From Hyaloraphidium curvatum SAG 235-1 (taxonomy: Eukaryota > Fungi > Monoblepharomycota), in NCBI GenBank assembly GCA_025558095.1, contig JAIVFI010000041.1, positions 186,001-250,000 of the forward strand: a stretch of 64,000 nucleotides of DNA. Direction: 5' to 3'. This document shows, in pieces, positions 45,310 through 57,200 of this stretch. A program made the translations under genes and the position numbers. The notes beneath the pieces were generated by a model. That model worked only from the letters and a program-made list of their open reading frames with translations. It did not search any database and was not told the origin of the DNA. How positions within the stretch are numbered: position 1 is the first letter of the stretch; each line of letters opens with the position of its first letter.

Positions 45310-46647
45310 ATGGCGGGAGAAGAGCTGGACGGGCCGTCCGTGCCCGCGCCGACCGGCGAGGCTCTTCGGCCGGCCTCACCTTTTAGACCGTCGGATGCGG
45401 GGTCCCCCGCGCCATCGGCGGCCAACCTCAAGGTCACGATGGTCGCTTCCGTCAGCGCATCGCCTTTATCGGGGCCATATGTCGATGGCGACCTCAAGGT
45501 ACCGACAACTGGACCCGCGGCAGGGACCGCGCACCCCTTGGCGGGGAAGCGGGTCCCATCGTATCGCCACCTCGGACATTCGGCTCCGCCGGCGCCACTC
45601 AAGTACAAGGAGCCCTTCTGGGGCCCGAAGGAGCGGAACCCGCGGAAGCTCAACGGGGATGTGGCCGCCGTCGCATTTGACGATCAACGACTTCCGAACT
45701 GGCTGCGGGACAATTACTTCCTCCAGCATGGCCACCGCGTCGAGATGAACTCGTGGCACGAGTGCTTCCGGTCCCTTGGATTCTGGCACAACGAGACCGC
45801 CAACATCTACACCCATCTGGTCGGCTTTGCCGTCCTCTCGGTCTGGGGAGTCTTCTCGATGGTTGATCTAGCATCACGGGAGCCGACGGTGGACGACGAA
45901 GAAACCGGGCCTTTCTTCATTTCTTGGCTCCTGGCCTTCGTGCGGCGCCACGCGGACGTTTTTGCAATGGTTCCGACCTTCATCGGAGCCATCTCATGTC
46001 TCGGATTCTCGGCCGTGTTCCACCTTGTCTACTGCCATTCGCCGAAGGTCTGCCACCACGCCAATAAGCTCGATTACGCCGGAATCATTCTCCTCATTTC
46101 GGGTAGCACCTTGTCGACCGTTTACTTTGGACTCCGCTGTGACGGTGATCTTCGTTTGCCCTACTTGACGTTTTCGATGGCCACGGGCTTCATCTGCTGC
46201 TACGTGCTCGTCTACAAGTCGTCGCTGCAGAGCCCGCGGTACGCCTGGCTGAGGGTGGCAGCGTTTACGATGCTGGCGTGCTCTGGCCTCGTCCCAGTGC
46301 TCCACTCGCTCCGGAGGCACGACTGGTCCTACGTGAATATGGCCTGGCAGTTCACGACCTACACGCTTCCAAGTGGAATGATGCAGCTCGTAGGCGGCGT
46401 GATGTACGCCATCAAGGTAGGCCGTCTTCGGTCAGGGATCTCCACTGGTGTCTGACATCCATTTCAGTTCCCCGAGCGATTCGCGCCGGGACGTTTCGAC
46501 TACCTCTTCCACTCGCACGCAAACTTCCACGTCATTGTCGTCGCGGCCATCGTTGTGCACGCGGTCGGGCTGTGGAACTGCTGGTACCTCTGGCACGGCC
46601 CGGAGCAACTCGGACTTGCCCTTCTCGGGAGCGAGTCTTGCACGTGA
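45310..46647 (+). CDS. PAQR/hemolysin-III family membrane protein (IZH/AdipoR-like), 2 exons
   Basis: WLRDN, HNETANIYTH, FSAVFH..CHS, KLDYAGI. Intron 46417-46467, then FPERFAPGRFDYLFHSHANFHV. Confidence 0.92.
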
Positions 46648-47094
46648 CCGCTAGCTCCATCTATGCCACACCTTCTCTTTGTCGGCTTCCTCCGTCGATC
46701 GCTTGTCGACTATCGTCAACTCCTACTAATCGGAAACCCTGTGAATAAGCTATGTCGATCGATTCCTGCAGCTTCTTGTAACTACTTCTCTGCTCTATGT
46801 AAATAGATTGCTTGCGCTATCCACCATTCGATCGTGCGGAGGGTTGGGGGACAGGGACACCCAGATCGCTGGGCGCGCAGGCTAAACCCAAGACACGCCT
46901 CCCGAACTCCTGTCTCCCCCGCCCTCTGGGCCTCCCGGTCCCGCGACAGGCGCTCAAAGCAGCGCGCGCGATGGCGGCGGTCACCTCCAGCCCGTCGGCG
47001 CCAGTGCCGCGGCGCAGCTTCGTCGAGGTGGGCGGGCTGACTCTTTCCTCGTTTCCTTTGCCTGACCGGTCCGCATGCCCGTCCTCCCTCGCCG

Positions 47095-47760
47095 ATGCCG
47101 CGCGACCTGCCGCCTGCTCTGCTGCCCAAACAGCGGATGGCGGAGATCTACCACGAGCGCCAGTCGCTGCAGCTCTGCTGCCAGCACGCGCTAAACAACC
47201 TACTGCAGAAGAAGACCTTCACCAAGGCCGACCTGGACCGCATAAGCGTCAAGCTGCACTCGGCGTCGATGGCCATGGCCCGCGACGGGGGCGGCGGGCG
47301 CCCGTCGGCGAAGCGCTTCTTCCGGCAGCTCTTTTCTTTCAACCAGCACCGGTCGGTGCTGGGGACGGGCTACTACGACGTCAACGTGTTGGAGGCCGCG
47401 CTCCTGAACCAGGGGCTCGATCTGGAGTGGTTCGACATGCGGCGCTCGGTGTTTGAGATCGATTTGGAGGACGACGAGGACCTCGAGGCGAGCAGCGACA
47501 GCGACTCGGACTCTGGCGCCAAACTGGGGCGCCGCCTCATCGGGATGATCATCCACACGCCGGAGGACCATTGGCAGAGCGTGCGATGGTTCCCCGTTCG
47601 GGATGAGGAGACGGGGCAACTCGTGAAGGAATGGTGGAACCTGGACTCCAAGCTGGACTTTCCCACCATCCTGGGCCGGGCAGGGAGGGTGAAGGCATGG
47701 CTCGACAAGAGGGCGGATGTGCAGATCCTGCTTGTCTACTCGCCGATGGGTCACATTTAG
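47095..47760 (+). CDS. Josephin-domain deubiquitinase (JosD-like)
   Basis: IYHERQSLQLCCQHALNNLLQ (catalytic Cys), GYYDVNVL, HW (His), WWNLDSKL (Asp). Start codon uncertain. Confidence 0.88.
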   Translation: MPRDLPPALLPKQRMAEIYHERQSLQLCCQHALNNLLQKKTFTKADLDRISVKLHSASMAMARDGGGGRPSAKRFFRQLFSFNQHRSVLGTGYYDVNVLEAALLNQGLDLEWFDMRRSVFEIDLEDDEDLEASSDSDSDSGAKLGRRLIGMIIHTPEDHWQSVRWFPVRDEETGQLVKEWWNLDSKLDFPTILGRAGRVKAWLDKRADVQILLVYSPMGHI

Positions 47761-47882
47761 GATTCGTTGTCATTGAGTAGTCTTGATAGTTGCGATGTAG
47801 CACGCAATCTTCTGTCACTGTAAATTGAATTGAAAGGAATGCTCTGATTGAATTTAGACGATGCATTGGATAATATCCGTTC

Positions 47883-49472
47883 TCAAACAGCTGACACTTC
47901 AGGATGCAGGGCGGCACACTTGGCGCCCGCTCCCTCGATCGGAGCTTCTGCCGATATGACTGACGACCTCCTTCTCCGTTCCAGCGCAATGTCGTACTCC
48001 AAGCTCGTCACGAGCAGCCGATCCGGGTCCTCGATCCCAAACGTTTGCGGCGCCCCCGTCCCCGCCATGTCCTTGCCGACCAGCTTGCCGTCGACAACGT
48101 ACTCCTTCCCCATTTTCTCCTGGCCCCATTCGATCACCTTCCTGATCCACGGCGTCGGCACGTCCAGGATGTCGCCGACCCCTTTGATGGCCACTAGTCC
48201 GCAGGGCACGTCCTCGGACAGCAGCCTCGAGTTGAAGTCGGGCACCCACCCATTCTCCACCTTGACCATCGGGTGGAAGATGCCCTCGTAGGCACCATTG
48301 GTCCTGAGCAGCGTGTATAGGGTTGAGGGGTCGCCGATATGGTCCGAGTAGCAGTTGTAGAGGTCGGTGTGCAGGTCCGTGATCTCAGGCGGCTTCTCGA
48401 GGCCAATCTGCTTCGCGAGAGCCGCAATCACCGCTTGCGCCTCCGACTGGAGGGACTCAACGACCTCGACGGCGAACTCAGAAACGCCCCTGTAGAAGGT
48501 GGGCTTGTCTTTGACCGGATGGCCGTCCCAAGAAGACCAGGTGCCGTACATAATGCCGGGGTGGAGCACGGGGTTACCCAGCGCATCGAAGGGGATGAAG
48601 GACGTCTCGATCGGCTGGGGGTTGAGCAGAAAAGTTGTTCCGGGGAAGAGGGAGTTGAGGAGCTCGCGGACCGCGGCGGCTTCCTCCTTGGGTGCGCCCG
48701 GCGCTAGAGCCATGTCGACCACGGCCTTGGTGCCGCAGAGGTTGATGTGGGCAGGGGCAATGATCCTGCAGGCCCACGGAAGGGTGCGGGTTGCCGCAAA
48801 GAGGGGCAGATGCACGAGCGCATTGGAGTGCCCGGTTGCAGCTGCGTGCTCCTTCATTGCGGACTTGAGCTGCAGGTAGTTGACGGCTCCCATAGCGGGC
48901 AGATAGACCAGGAGATGCCGGGGCCTCATGTGCGGGGCGAGCTCCCGGATCAGGGCGTCCATCCTGGGACCGTTGAGGGAAATGACGATGATGTCGGCCG
49001 CAGGAAGCAGCTCCGCGGCGTCCGAGCTTACGCCGAGCACGGGCCCGGTCGCGCCCGGCTTGCCCTGCGACTCGAGGATGATACCGCCGTTGGCGACGAT
49101 GGCTTCGTGCAGCACCTGAGCACGAGCTTCGTACGATGGAGACATGTAGATGTGCACAGTATGGCCTAGAGCAGCCATGACGGCGGCGGCCGTTTGCGCT
49201 GCGAGACGAAATAGGAGGAGCGAGTCAGAAAGCTGTCTCCGTGCGACTCTGGCCGAAACTGTTGCCTGCTCACCTCCGCTGCCGCAGCCGCATACGACGA
49301 CATTGAGGCGGGCGTCGGGGGGAGCCGGCCCGGCGTTCTTGAGGGCGCCGATGACTCCGCTGCGCCTGTCGAAGTGGGTGCGCGGGAGCGTCACGCGCCA
49401 CGCCGGCTCCGCGGCGGCGTCGTGCGGGTGGCGGGGAGTGGTCTCGTAGTGGGCCGGCTTCTTGCCGGGCAT
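47883..49472 (-). CDS. NAD-dependent opine (octopine/tauropine-type) dehydrogenase
   Basis: VVVCGCGSG|AQTAA (probable in-frame intron 49273-49199), TLPWACRI, GTK, NPVLHPGIMYG, FY, DFNSRLLSEDVPCGL, VPTPWI.KVIEWGQEKMGKEY. Confidence 0.85.
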   Translation of the reverse strand: MPGKKPAHYETTPRHPHDAAAEPAWRVTLPRTHFDRRSGVIGALKNAGPAPPDARLNVVVCGCGSGGEQATVSARVARRQLSDSLLLFRLAAQTAAAVMAALGHTVHIYMSPSYEARAQVLHEAIVANGGIILESQGKPGATGPVLGVSSDAAELLPAADIIVISLNGPRMDALIRELAPHMRPRHLLVYLPAMGAVNYLQLKSAMKEHAAATGHSNALVHLPLFAATRTLPWACRIIAPAHINLCGTKAVVDMALAPGAPKEEAAAVRELLNSLFPGTTFLLNPQPIETSFIPFDALGNPVLHPGIMYGTWSSWDGHPVKDKPTFYRGVSEFAVEVVESLQSEAQAVIAALAKQIGLEKPPEITDLHTDLYNCYSDHIGDPSTLYTLLRTNGAYEGIFHPMVKVENGWVPDFNSRLLSEDVPCGLVAIKGVGDILDVPTPWIRKVIEWGQEKMGKEYVVDGKLVGKDMAGTGAPQTFGIEDPDRLLVTSLEYDIALERRRRSSVISAEAPIEGAGAKCAALHPEVSAV

Positions 49473-49649
49473 CTTTGCTTGCTTCGTTTCTCTGACTGAC
49501 TGCTGGGCGGATGACGAGAGTGAGGAGCGTCCTGAAGGGACCCGAGCGCCGACGGCGGTCCCTCAAAGGAGTCATCCCGGAATCATCCGACTTCACACCG
49601 CTACTCACTACACTACAGACATAGGACATTACAATAGGAGGACCGAACA

Positions 49650-51202
49650 ATGCCGCGCACTTTGCTGGGCCTCACGCGCGCCCGCTTTCGCTGGGTTCTC
49701 GTTGGTGGAGTGGTGCGCATCTCTCCGCCCCGTCCCGCCCATCGCTGACCTCCCTCTTCGCAACGCATGTCCAGTTCCTCTCGCAAATGTTCGTCAGCGG
49801 CTTCGTCTGGGCCTACGGCGTGTGGAGCGCCACGTACTGCAACGCAGGGCCCGACGCCATCCCCGGCGCAAACGACAAGCAGAGCTTGTGCCAGATGCCC
49901 GGCGCAGTCTCCGAGTTCACCTCGTCCATCTTCGGTTTGATCGTCGGACGCATTGCCGAGCACCCGAAAGTTGGCTTCCGCACCACGGGCCTCGTCGGTG
50001 CCGCCGTCTTTGCCGTCGGATACCTCGGGGCTTCGTTCGCCAACTTCTCGACCCAATATGCGCTCGTGGTCTTTTGCCAGGGTTTCCTCGTGGGCCTCGG
50101 ATCGAGCTTCAACTACTTTGCCCTCCTCGGCATGATACCTCAGTACTTCCAGAAGGAGCATGATTGGCGGACAGCTGCTTTTGGCATCGCCATCGCCGGA
50201 ACGGGATGCGGCGGATTCACGCTGGCCGCCGCCACGCAGGCCATGATCACCGCCTGGGGTGTTCCATGGGCGCTCAGGGCCACGGGCATCATCGGGGGCT
50301 CCGTTCTTCTCGCCGTCTCCTTCCTCTGCATACCGGCAACATGGTGGGAAGGCGACGGAGGCGTCAAGTTGGCTTCACCGGCCGCCGCGGCGGACGTCGA
50401 GCGCGGCGAAAAGACGATTCCGCGCACGGACGTTAAGGCTTCCGGGGCTGTGCCCCCCGAGGCCACAGCGGCGGACCCGGACGCCTCGGCCGCCGCGGAA
50501 GCCGCGGACCTTACCATGGCGGATGCAGTCGAGATGAAGCTGCTGCCGACCCTGTCGCGCACGCTGACGAAGCGCCGTCCCGCGGAGGCGGCGCGCATGA
50601 CGATCAAGCAGATCATTTTCTTCAAACCCTTCCTCCTCTGTTGCGCCATCATCTTCTTCCTCCCTTTCGGCTCCCTCGCACCGCCCTTTTTCGGACCGTC
50701 CTACGCCCAGGACGTGATCGGCATGTCCGCCGCCGCGGCTTCCTACGCGGTCATGATACTGAACATCTCGTCGACCGTCGGCCGGGCCGCGCAGGGCTTC
50801 CTGGCGGACAAAATCGGCGGGCCGACCAACAACCTGGTTGTCTGCGTCTTCTTCGCAGGCTTCCTGCAGCTGGTTTTCTGGCCCTTCGCAACCACCCCCG
50901 CGTCGTTCGCGGCGTACATGGCCCTTCAGGGCCTCGTCGGCGGAGGCTACAATGGCTTGTTACCAACTGTCATTTCGGCCAACTTCGACGAGAACGTCGC
51001 CGCCGGCAGCATGTCGATGGCCTACAGCTTCTTTGCGTGGGGCGGGCTCTTTGGTCCCATCATACAGGGCATCATCGTGGACCACACGGGCTCGTACGTG
51101 AGCATGATGATGTTCTCGGGCAGCGTGGTGCTTGCGGCGTTCTTCTTCGCGCTGTGGCTGCGGATGGTCATGACCAAGGGCAAGCTATGGGTCAATGTGT
51201 GA
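49650..51202 (+). CDS. MFS transporter, monocarboxylate transporter (MCT/MCH)-like, 2 exons
   Basis: Exon 49650-49712 and intron 49713-49774. About 12 TM; IPQYF..R..AFGIAIAGTGCGG, GVPWALR, VGRAAQGFLADKIG. Confidence 0.88.
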
Positions 51203-51526
51203 CGGGCAGCTATACATTCCTGTATTCCAAATCAGATCCCGGATACTGTTGTCGCGAGGCCTACAATGCCGGACTCGTATACCGCCGAGCCGCGATCGTC
51301 GCTCTACGGGAAAGGGGCCGGAGCGGAATCCAATATCAACTTCGGCGACCATCCACTTTCGCTCCTCAAATCGCAAATTGCAATCCCCACATCAATTTAG
51401 GCATGTCGCTGGTCGTCATCCTGCGTCCTCGCCGGCGAACAGGTGGGGTGATGCCCGGCACCCGCCCGCGGCACCGCCCCATCGAACGATCGAATCATCC
51501 TCGCCTCCAAAACCCGCCCGAGCGCG

Positions 51527-53909
51527 ATGGGCCTCCGGCCTGTTGCTCCGTGCCTTGCCCTCGCGGCGCTCCTCGCCGCCGTCGCGCCGGCGGCGGCGCA
51601 AGTCGGAGGTGCGCGGCGCGTCCGGCGCCCGCCGCAGCGCTGACCCGGACGGCAGTGTGCCAACCCTACACCGGCGCCACCTGCGCCGGCATCCTCCCGG
51701 CCGGCTACTCGGTGTGGACGAACACGTCGGCGCAGCTGGCTATCCAGGAGGCCGGCGTGGCCGCGGTGAAGGGGAGCCTGGCGATCATCTCGGGCATCGA
51801 CCCGCGGTGCTACAGCGCCTTCATGAACTACAGCTGCACGGTGGGCGGCAATCGCGTTTCGCTATACACCACGGTGACTGACCCGCGTCCGGCAGACGTA
51901 CCTCCCGCACTGCGCCAGCACCGGTGCCGTCCACCGCCTCAATCTCCAACGCTGCTCTGACCCCCGCCGGGCCCCGCAGGCAACACCCCCCAGTTCCAGT
52001 GCCTCGCCGACTGCCAAAACGCGGCCACGTTGTGCACCAACATCTTCAACATCGGCGGTCGGCCCGACCAAATCCCCACCTGCATCACGGTGCCCAACGG
52101 CGCGCCGCCAAACACGCCGTACCCGACGACCGACTGCTTCACGCTGCTGGGAGGGCAGTCCAACGGCTCCGGTCGGTTGCGGCGCGATTCGGATGGGGGA
52201 GCGGCAGCCTGACGGGTATCCCGGCCTGCAGAACCGGTCGTGTGCCCCGTCCCACTCATTCGGAACCCCTACAACGGGACCAAGACGCCCGTGACCTGCC
52301 CCGCGGAGAACGGGCAGTGCTGCTTCCCCTGCCCCGTCGCGGACCTGCTCTACCCCACATGGTGTGCCGCTCCCCGCCGTTCCCCCCAACCCCACTGATC
52401 CCGGTACCCGCGAGCCAGGCAGGACCCCCAAAAGGCTCAGACCGTCGTCGCGATCCTGAACGTCGTCTCCATGGTCCTCCTCATCGTCGTGCTGGCGCTG
52501 TGGTCCACCCGGGACGGGGTGTGGACGCAGTCGCGGATGCTGACGGTGATGTTCTCGCTGCTGAACGCGCTGGGGCTGGCGGCCGTCAACGGGCTCGTGC
52601 TGCTGACGCAAAGGTACGCGATGCAGTGCATGAGCTCGGTGGAGACGTCGATCAACGCGCCATGGTGCACTTTCGAGGGTGGGCGCGGCCGGTGCCGTGC
52701 AGGTCATGGTTCGCTGACCAAACTCGGCAGGCTTCATGTACGGCTTCTTCGGCATCGGCTTTTCGTGGTCGGAAGCGCTCTTCAACATCAACCTCTTCCT
52801 CGTGGGTCTTTTGCGGCCGTCGTTCTGCCCGCGCCTGACCCCCGGCCAGATCATGTGGTTCAAGCGCGACCCCATCCCCGCGGTCGCGTGCTACATCGCC
52901 TTCCCCCTCATCTGGCTCATCTCGGGCATCCTCAACATGGTCCCCTTCATCGTCTCGGGGTCGGCCTACAACTTTGGCATCCACTGCGCGCCCCAGAACC
53001 TGGCCCTGTTCCGCAACATGAGCCTGCTGCCGCTCATCGCGGGGCTGTGCGTGAGCATCTTCCTTGGGTTCGCCAACGTGCTGTACGTGTGCAAGGTGGG
53101 TTCCCGCGCCCGGTCGGGGGTCGCGGCGGGTGCTGACGGCCCGGGCGCCAGATGGCCTGGGACATCTACGTCCGCAAGGACACGCGCTACTTCTCCGTCG
53201 AGGACGGCGAGCCCCTGGCCCCTCCCCCCGAGGGCACCAAGCGCGAGTTCACCCCCGAGCAGAAGGCCATGCTGCCCAGCTTCTGGTCCTCGGGCGGCGG
53301 CGTGCACGCGACGGGCAACGCGCGGATGGACACGTTCGCCATGTGCTGGCGCACGTCGATACTCTCGTTCACGGTGGCGCTGGCGTTCTTGGTGTTTGTG
53401 GTGGGTGGACTGCCGGGGTTGTCGTGCGGCTGCGGCGGCTGACAGTCCACGGATTCCGTCCACAGATCTACTGGTTCACCGACGCCGAGCCCAAGCTCCT
53501 GGCGGCCACCTCGGGGGACTTTGCCCAGGCCAACGCGGCGTGGGCGGGGGACTGGCTCGCGTGCCTGCTGGCCAACGCGCCCAACGGGCAGGACGCGTGC
53601 TACCAGATCCCCAAGCCCTACATCCCGGACTGGTACTGGAGCTACGCCACGGACGTCCTGAGCGCCCTGCCGGGCATATTCTACTATATCACACTTGGAA
53701 CGGACCCAAGCGACTACAAGCGCTTGGTGTCGTGCTCGTGCTTGAAGAGGAAGGGAGGGGCGCAGGAGGCCGACGGGGCGGAGGCGTCGGAGGCCAAACC
53801 GGCCGAGATCAAGGCCGCCGATGGCGCCGCAGAACAGCAGGACGTTGCGGCATTGCCGCAGGATGGCTACGCGAACGGGTCGGGGGCCGGAGAGAAGCCA
53901 CCGTCGTGA
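51527..53909 (+). CDS. Frizzled/Smoothened-like GPCR (cysteine-rich domain + 7TM), multi-exon
   Basis: Signal peptide, CRD CQPYTGATCAGIL..CYSAFMNYSC..C..CLADCQNAATLC..C, linker CPVPLI..CCFPCP, then multiple TM helices and WLACLLANAPNGQDAC. Confidence 0.75.
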
Positions 53910-54203
53910 GGGGGTGGAGGGGGAGAGGGGGGTCGGCGGCCGGGCCCGTCTGTGCCGCCGTGGACGGCGCGCTGGGCGCAAATGGCAGCTAAGATGCTAA
54001 AGAGAATATTGCAAATGAGAATTGATCGATATCAGCGGTTCAGAGGGTTCGAAGTTGATCGCCTGTGTTCAGGGGGCGGAACGCCGACGATGAGGCGCAG
54101 CGGGGCGAGTGTCCGCGGCAGGAGTCAAACTGGACCCAATGAAGGCCCCCGGGCGTTCCACCCCCTCTATGGGCCCCGATCCCGGGCATCCCACTTTCTA
54201 GCG

Positions 54204-57200
54204 ATGCGGACACCTCGTCAGCGGGGGCGGCGGGCGGCGGGGCGGGCGTGGGCGTGCGCGCTTGCGGCAGCCCTCGCTCTGCTGGCCCTGGCGGCCCCCG
54301 CGGCCGCGCAGTGCCCCGAGCTCGCGCCGGGCCCGCAGTACTTCACGTCGGTGTACGCGAGCAGCTTCGCGGGCGACGTGCTGTCGTACACCGTGGCGTC
54401 GCCGGTCGTGCGCGGCCGCACGCTGTCGCTGCGGCTCGGCCCGGCGGGGGGCGCGCCCGCCTGCGCCGCCGCCTTCGCCGCGCCGACCTCGCAGGACGCG
54501 CAGCAGTGCCTGAACCTGTACACCTTCTCGGGGACGTGGGCCGCGCTGCGCTCGTGCGGCTGGGCCGTGCAGTCGCAGACCGCCGCCGCGACCGTGTTCG
54601 CCTCGACATTCACCGTGCGCGTCGTCGACACGCTGGACGGCGGCACGCAGCGGCCGTCGCAATCGACGTCGCCCGTCACCGTGTCGTTCCCCGGCTCGGT
54701 CGACGTCTCGGGCGGCGTGTCGGTCTCCAACCCGGACCTCACCGTCACATCCTCGTTCGGCTCGTCCTGGGCCGTATCCACAGAGGGCTCGTCGCGCCGC
54801 GCAATCATCTCCTACACCGCCTCCTACACCGCGCCCGTCGTGCTCGGCGCGCCCTCCTTCACCCCGCCTGCCGCCCTGGGCGCGACGCAGGCCACCTCGC
54901 AGGCCGGCACCCCCTCGTGCGGCTCCAACCCCGTCGCCGGCACCCTGTGCACCGTCTCGGGCACCCTCTCCATGCTCCTCCCCTCCTCCACCTGCACCCT
55001 GCAAGGCACCTTCCCCGTCTCGTTCCCGCGCTCGGTGCAGGGCGCCGCGCAGGACGCCTTCGCGACCTCCTTCTCCACCGCCGCGCAGGACCTCTGCCCC
55101 GCGACCGTGCCGCCGGACATCGAATTCACCTTCGAGCCCGCGTCGACATCGCCGGGCGCACCCTACGCGGCGGGCAGCGAGGTCAGCATCGGCTTCTCGG
55201 TCCCGCAGAACTCGCAGCGGCCCATCGCCTCGGCGCGACTGCTGACGGCCGAGAACCTCCGCGGCGGGGAGAGCGCCGGGCGCATGGTGGACCAGTTCGT
55301 GCGGACGCAGCTGGGGACGTCCATGGCGACGGCGTGGGAGGACCCGCTCAACCTGACGCCGGTCGGGGGCGCGGCGGTGCTCAACCGGCTGAGGTTCTCG
55401 CCCGGTTCGGGGTTGGTCCCCGAAGGAAGTATGTTGCCGCTGCGCCGGTGCACCCGCGTCCGCATGCTGACCTCCCCGTGCGTTTCAGCGACCTCGGTCA
55501 TCGCCTACACCACCTCGCTCACGCTGCGCCTCTTCTTCCCCGCCAACGGCCGGCGCCGCCTCGAGTTCCGCGACGCGCAGCTCACCCTGGAGTCCGGAAA
55601 CGGCACGGGGGACGCGCACGGGCTGGAAAAGAGGGCGACGGTGCCGGGGTCGAGCACGTTTTTCGACGCGGCTGCGAGCGAAGACTGGAGCTACGATCCG
55701 GTGCCGCGGACGACGACGACGACGACCACAACGACCACAACGACCACAACGACCACCACTACGACTACGACAAGTAGCGATACGACCACGACTACGTGAG
55801 TTGGCTGCGGAGGGTGCCGCGCGTGAGGGCCGGCGCTGACAAACTCCTCGTCCGCCACCTCACCTCACAGCACAACTACAACCACGACCACGACAACCAC
55901 AACGTCCCCCGCCGTCGAGACGACGGACGCGACCACGCTGACGGCGTCGCCCGAGCCCACCACGGCGACCACGCGGCCGCCGACAACGGCCACGAGTGGG
56001 ACCACCCGCACCGTCTCCCCGACGGCGGAGCCCACGGATCCCACCATTTCGGAGACGACGCGAACCGTGCAGACGACTGTCACGGTTGTTTCGGGCACGA
56101 CGGTGACGGTCACGCTGCCCCCGCCGCCGGCGACGAGCACGACCTCGCAACTGGCGACCAGCGCTGCGACCAGCCTCGCGACGACGTCGGACTCGTTTAC
56201 CCTGCCCACGGACGGCACCATCCCCACCACCACCGCGTCGACCGAGACATTCTTCACCATCCCCACCCTCCCGGTCGACACGGAAACGACGCCGGTCGTC
56301 ACCCTCACTCGCACAAGGACCCGGTCGTCCTCCGAGAGCCTGGCCACGGACCTGCCCACGGACCCGACCGAGCCGACAGGCAGCTCCGCCGTTTCCCGAA
56401 GCAGCACCACCACCAGCTCCCGCCGGACGACCACTTTCACCCGCCCAACCCTATCGACGACGACAATCGTCATCGGCCCGACCAACCCCGCGGCAATCAC
56501 GATCCAGAACGCCAGCGAGGCCGGGACCTTCACCGCCATCACCATCGTCGTCGCCTCGATCGCCGCCGTCTCCACGGGCGTCTCGATCGTCGTCGCCACC
56601 ACGGCCATCGTCTCGGTGGCCGCGTCGGCAGCCGCGGGCGGCACGGCGGCGGCCACCACCGCGCTGTCGGCCGCCGTGCCGGGGGTCAACGCCGGGGCCA
56701 ACATCATGGCGACGGGTACGTTCGGCGACGAGGCGGCGATCGAGCTCGGCGACGCGGCGCTCAACACGGGCGACCCGTCCGTGGCGGCGCTGGTGGCCGA
56801 GATGGCCGGCGCCAACCTGACCACCCTGGCCGCCGTGACCAACGCCGCCGGCGGCGCCAACGGTGCCTTCGTCACCCCCGGCGGGACCACGTACGTGGTC
56901 ACGCAGTCGGGCGCCGAGACTGGCGGGACGACGCAGGTGCAGACGGTCAACAACACCCCCGGCTTCATGGACATCGTCTCCTTCTCGCAGTACATCTTCA
57001 TCACCGGCGCCGGCGTGGACGCGGACCTCGCGAGCACCGTGAGCACGTACGCGTTCAATATGGGCTGGACGTGCGGCGTCGTCAACGTGGCGGGGTTCAA
57101 CAACTTTGCCGAGTGGTTCTACGCGGGATCGTACGCGGGGGGCACGGAGCAGGATTTCCAGAGGAGCACGACGGACGGGCTGGCCAGGAGGCAGACTTCG

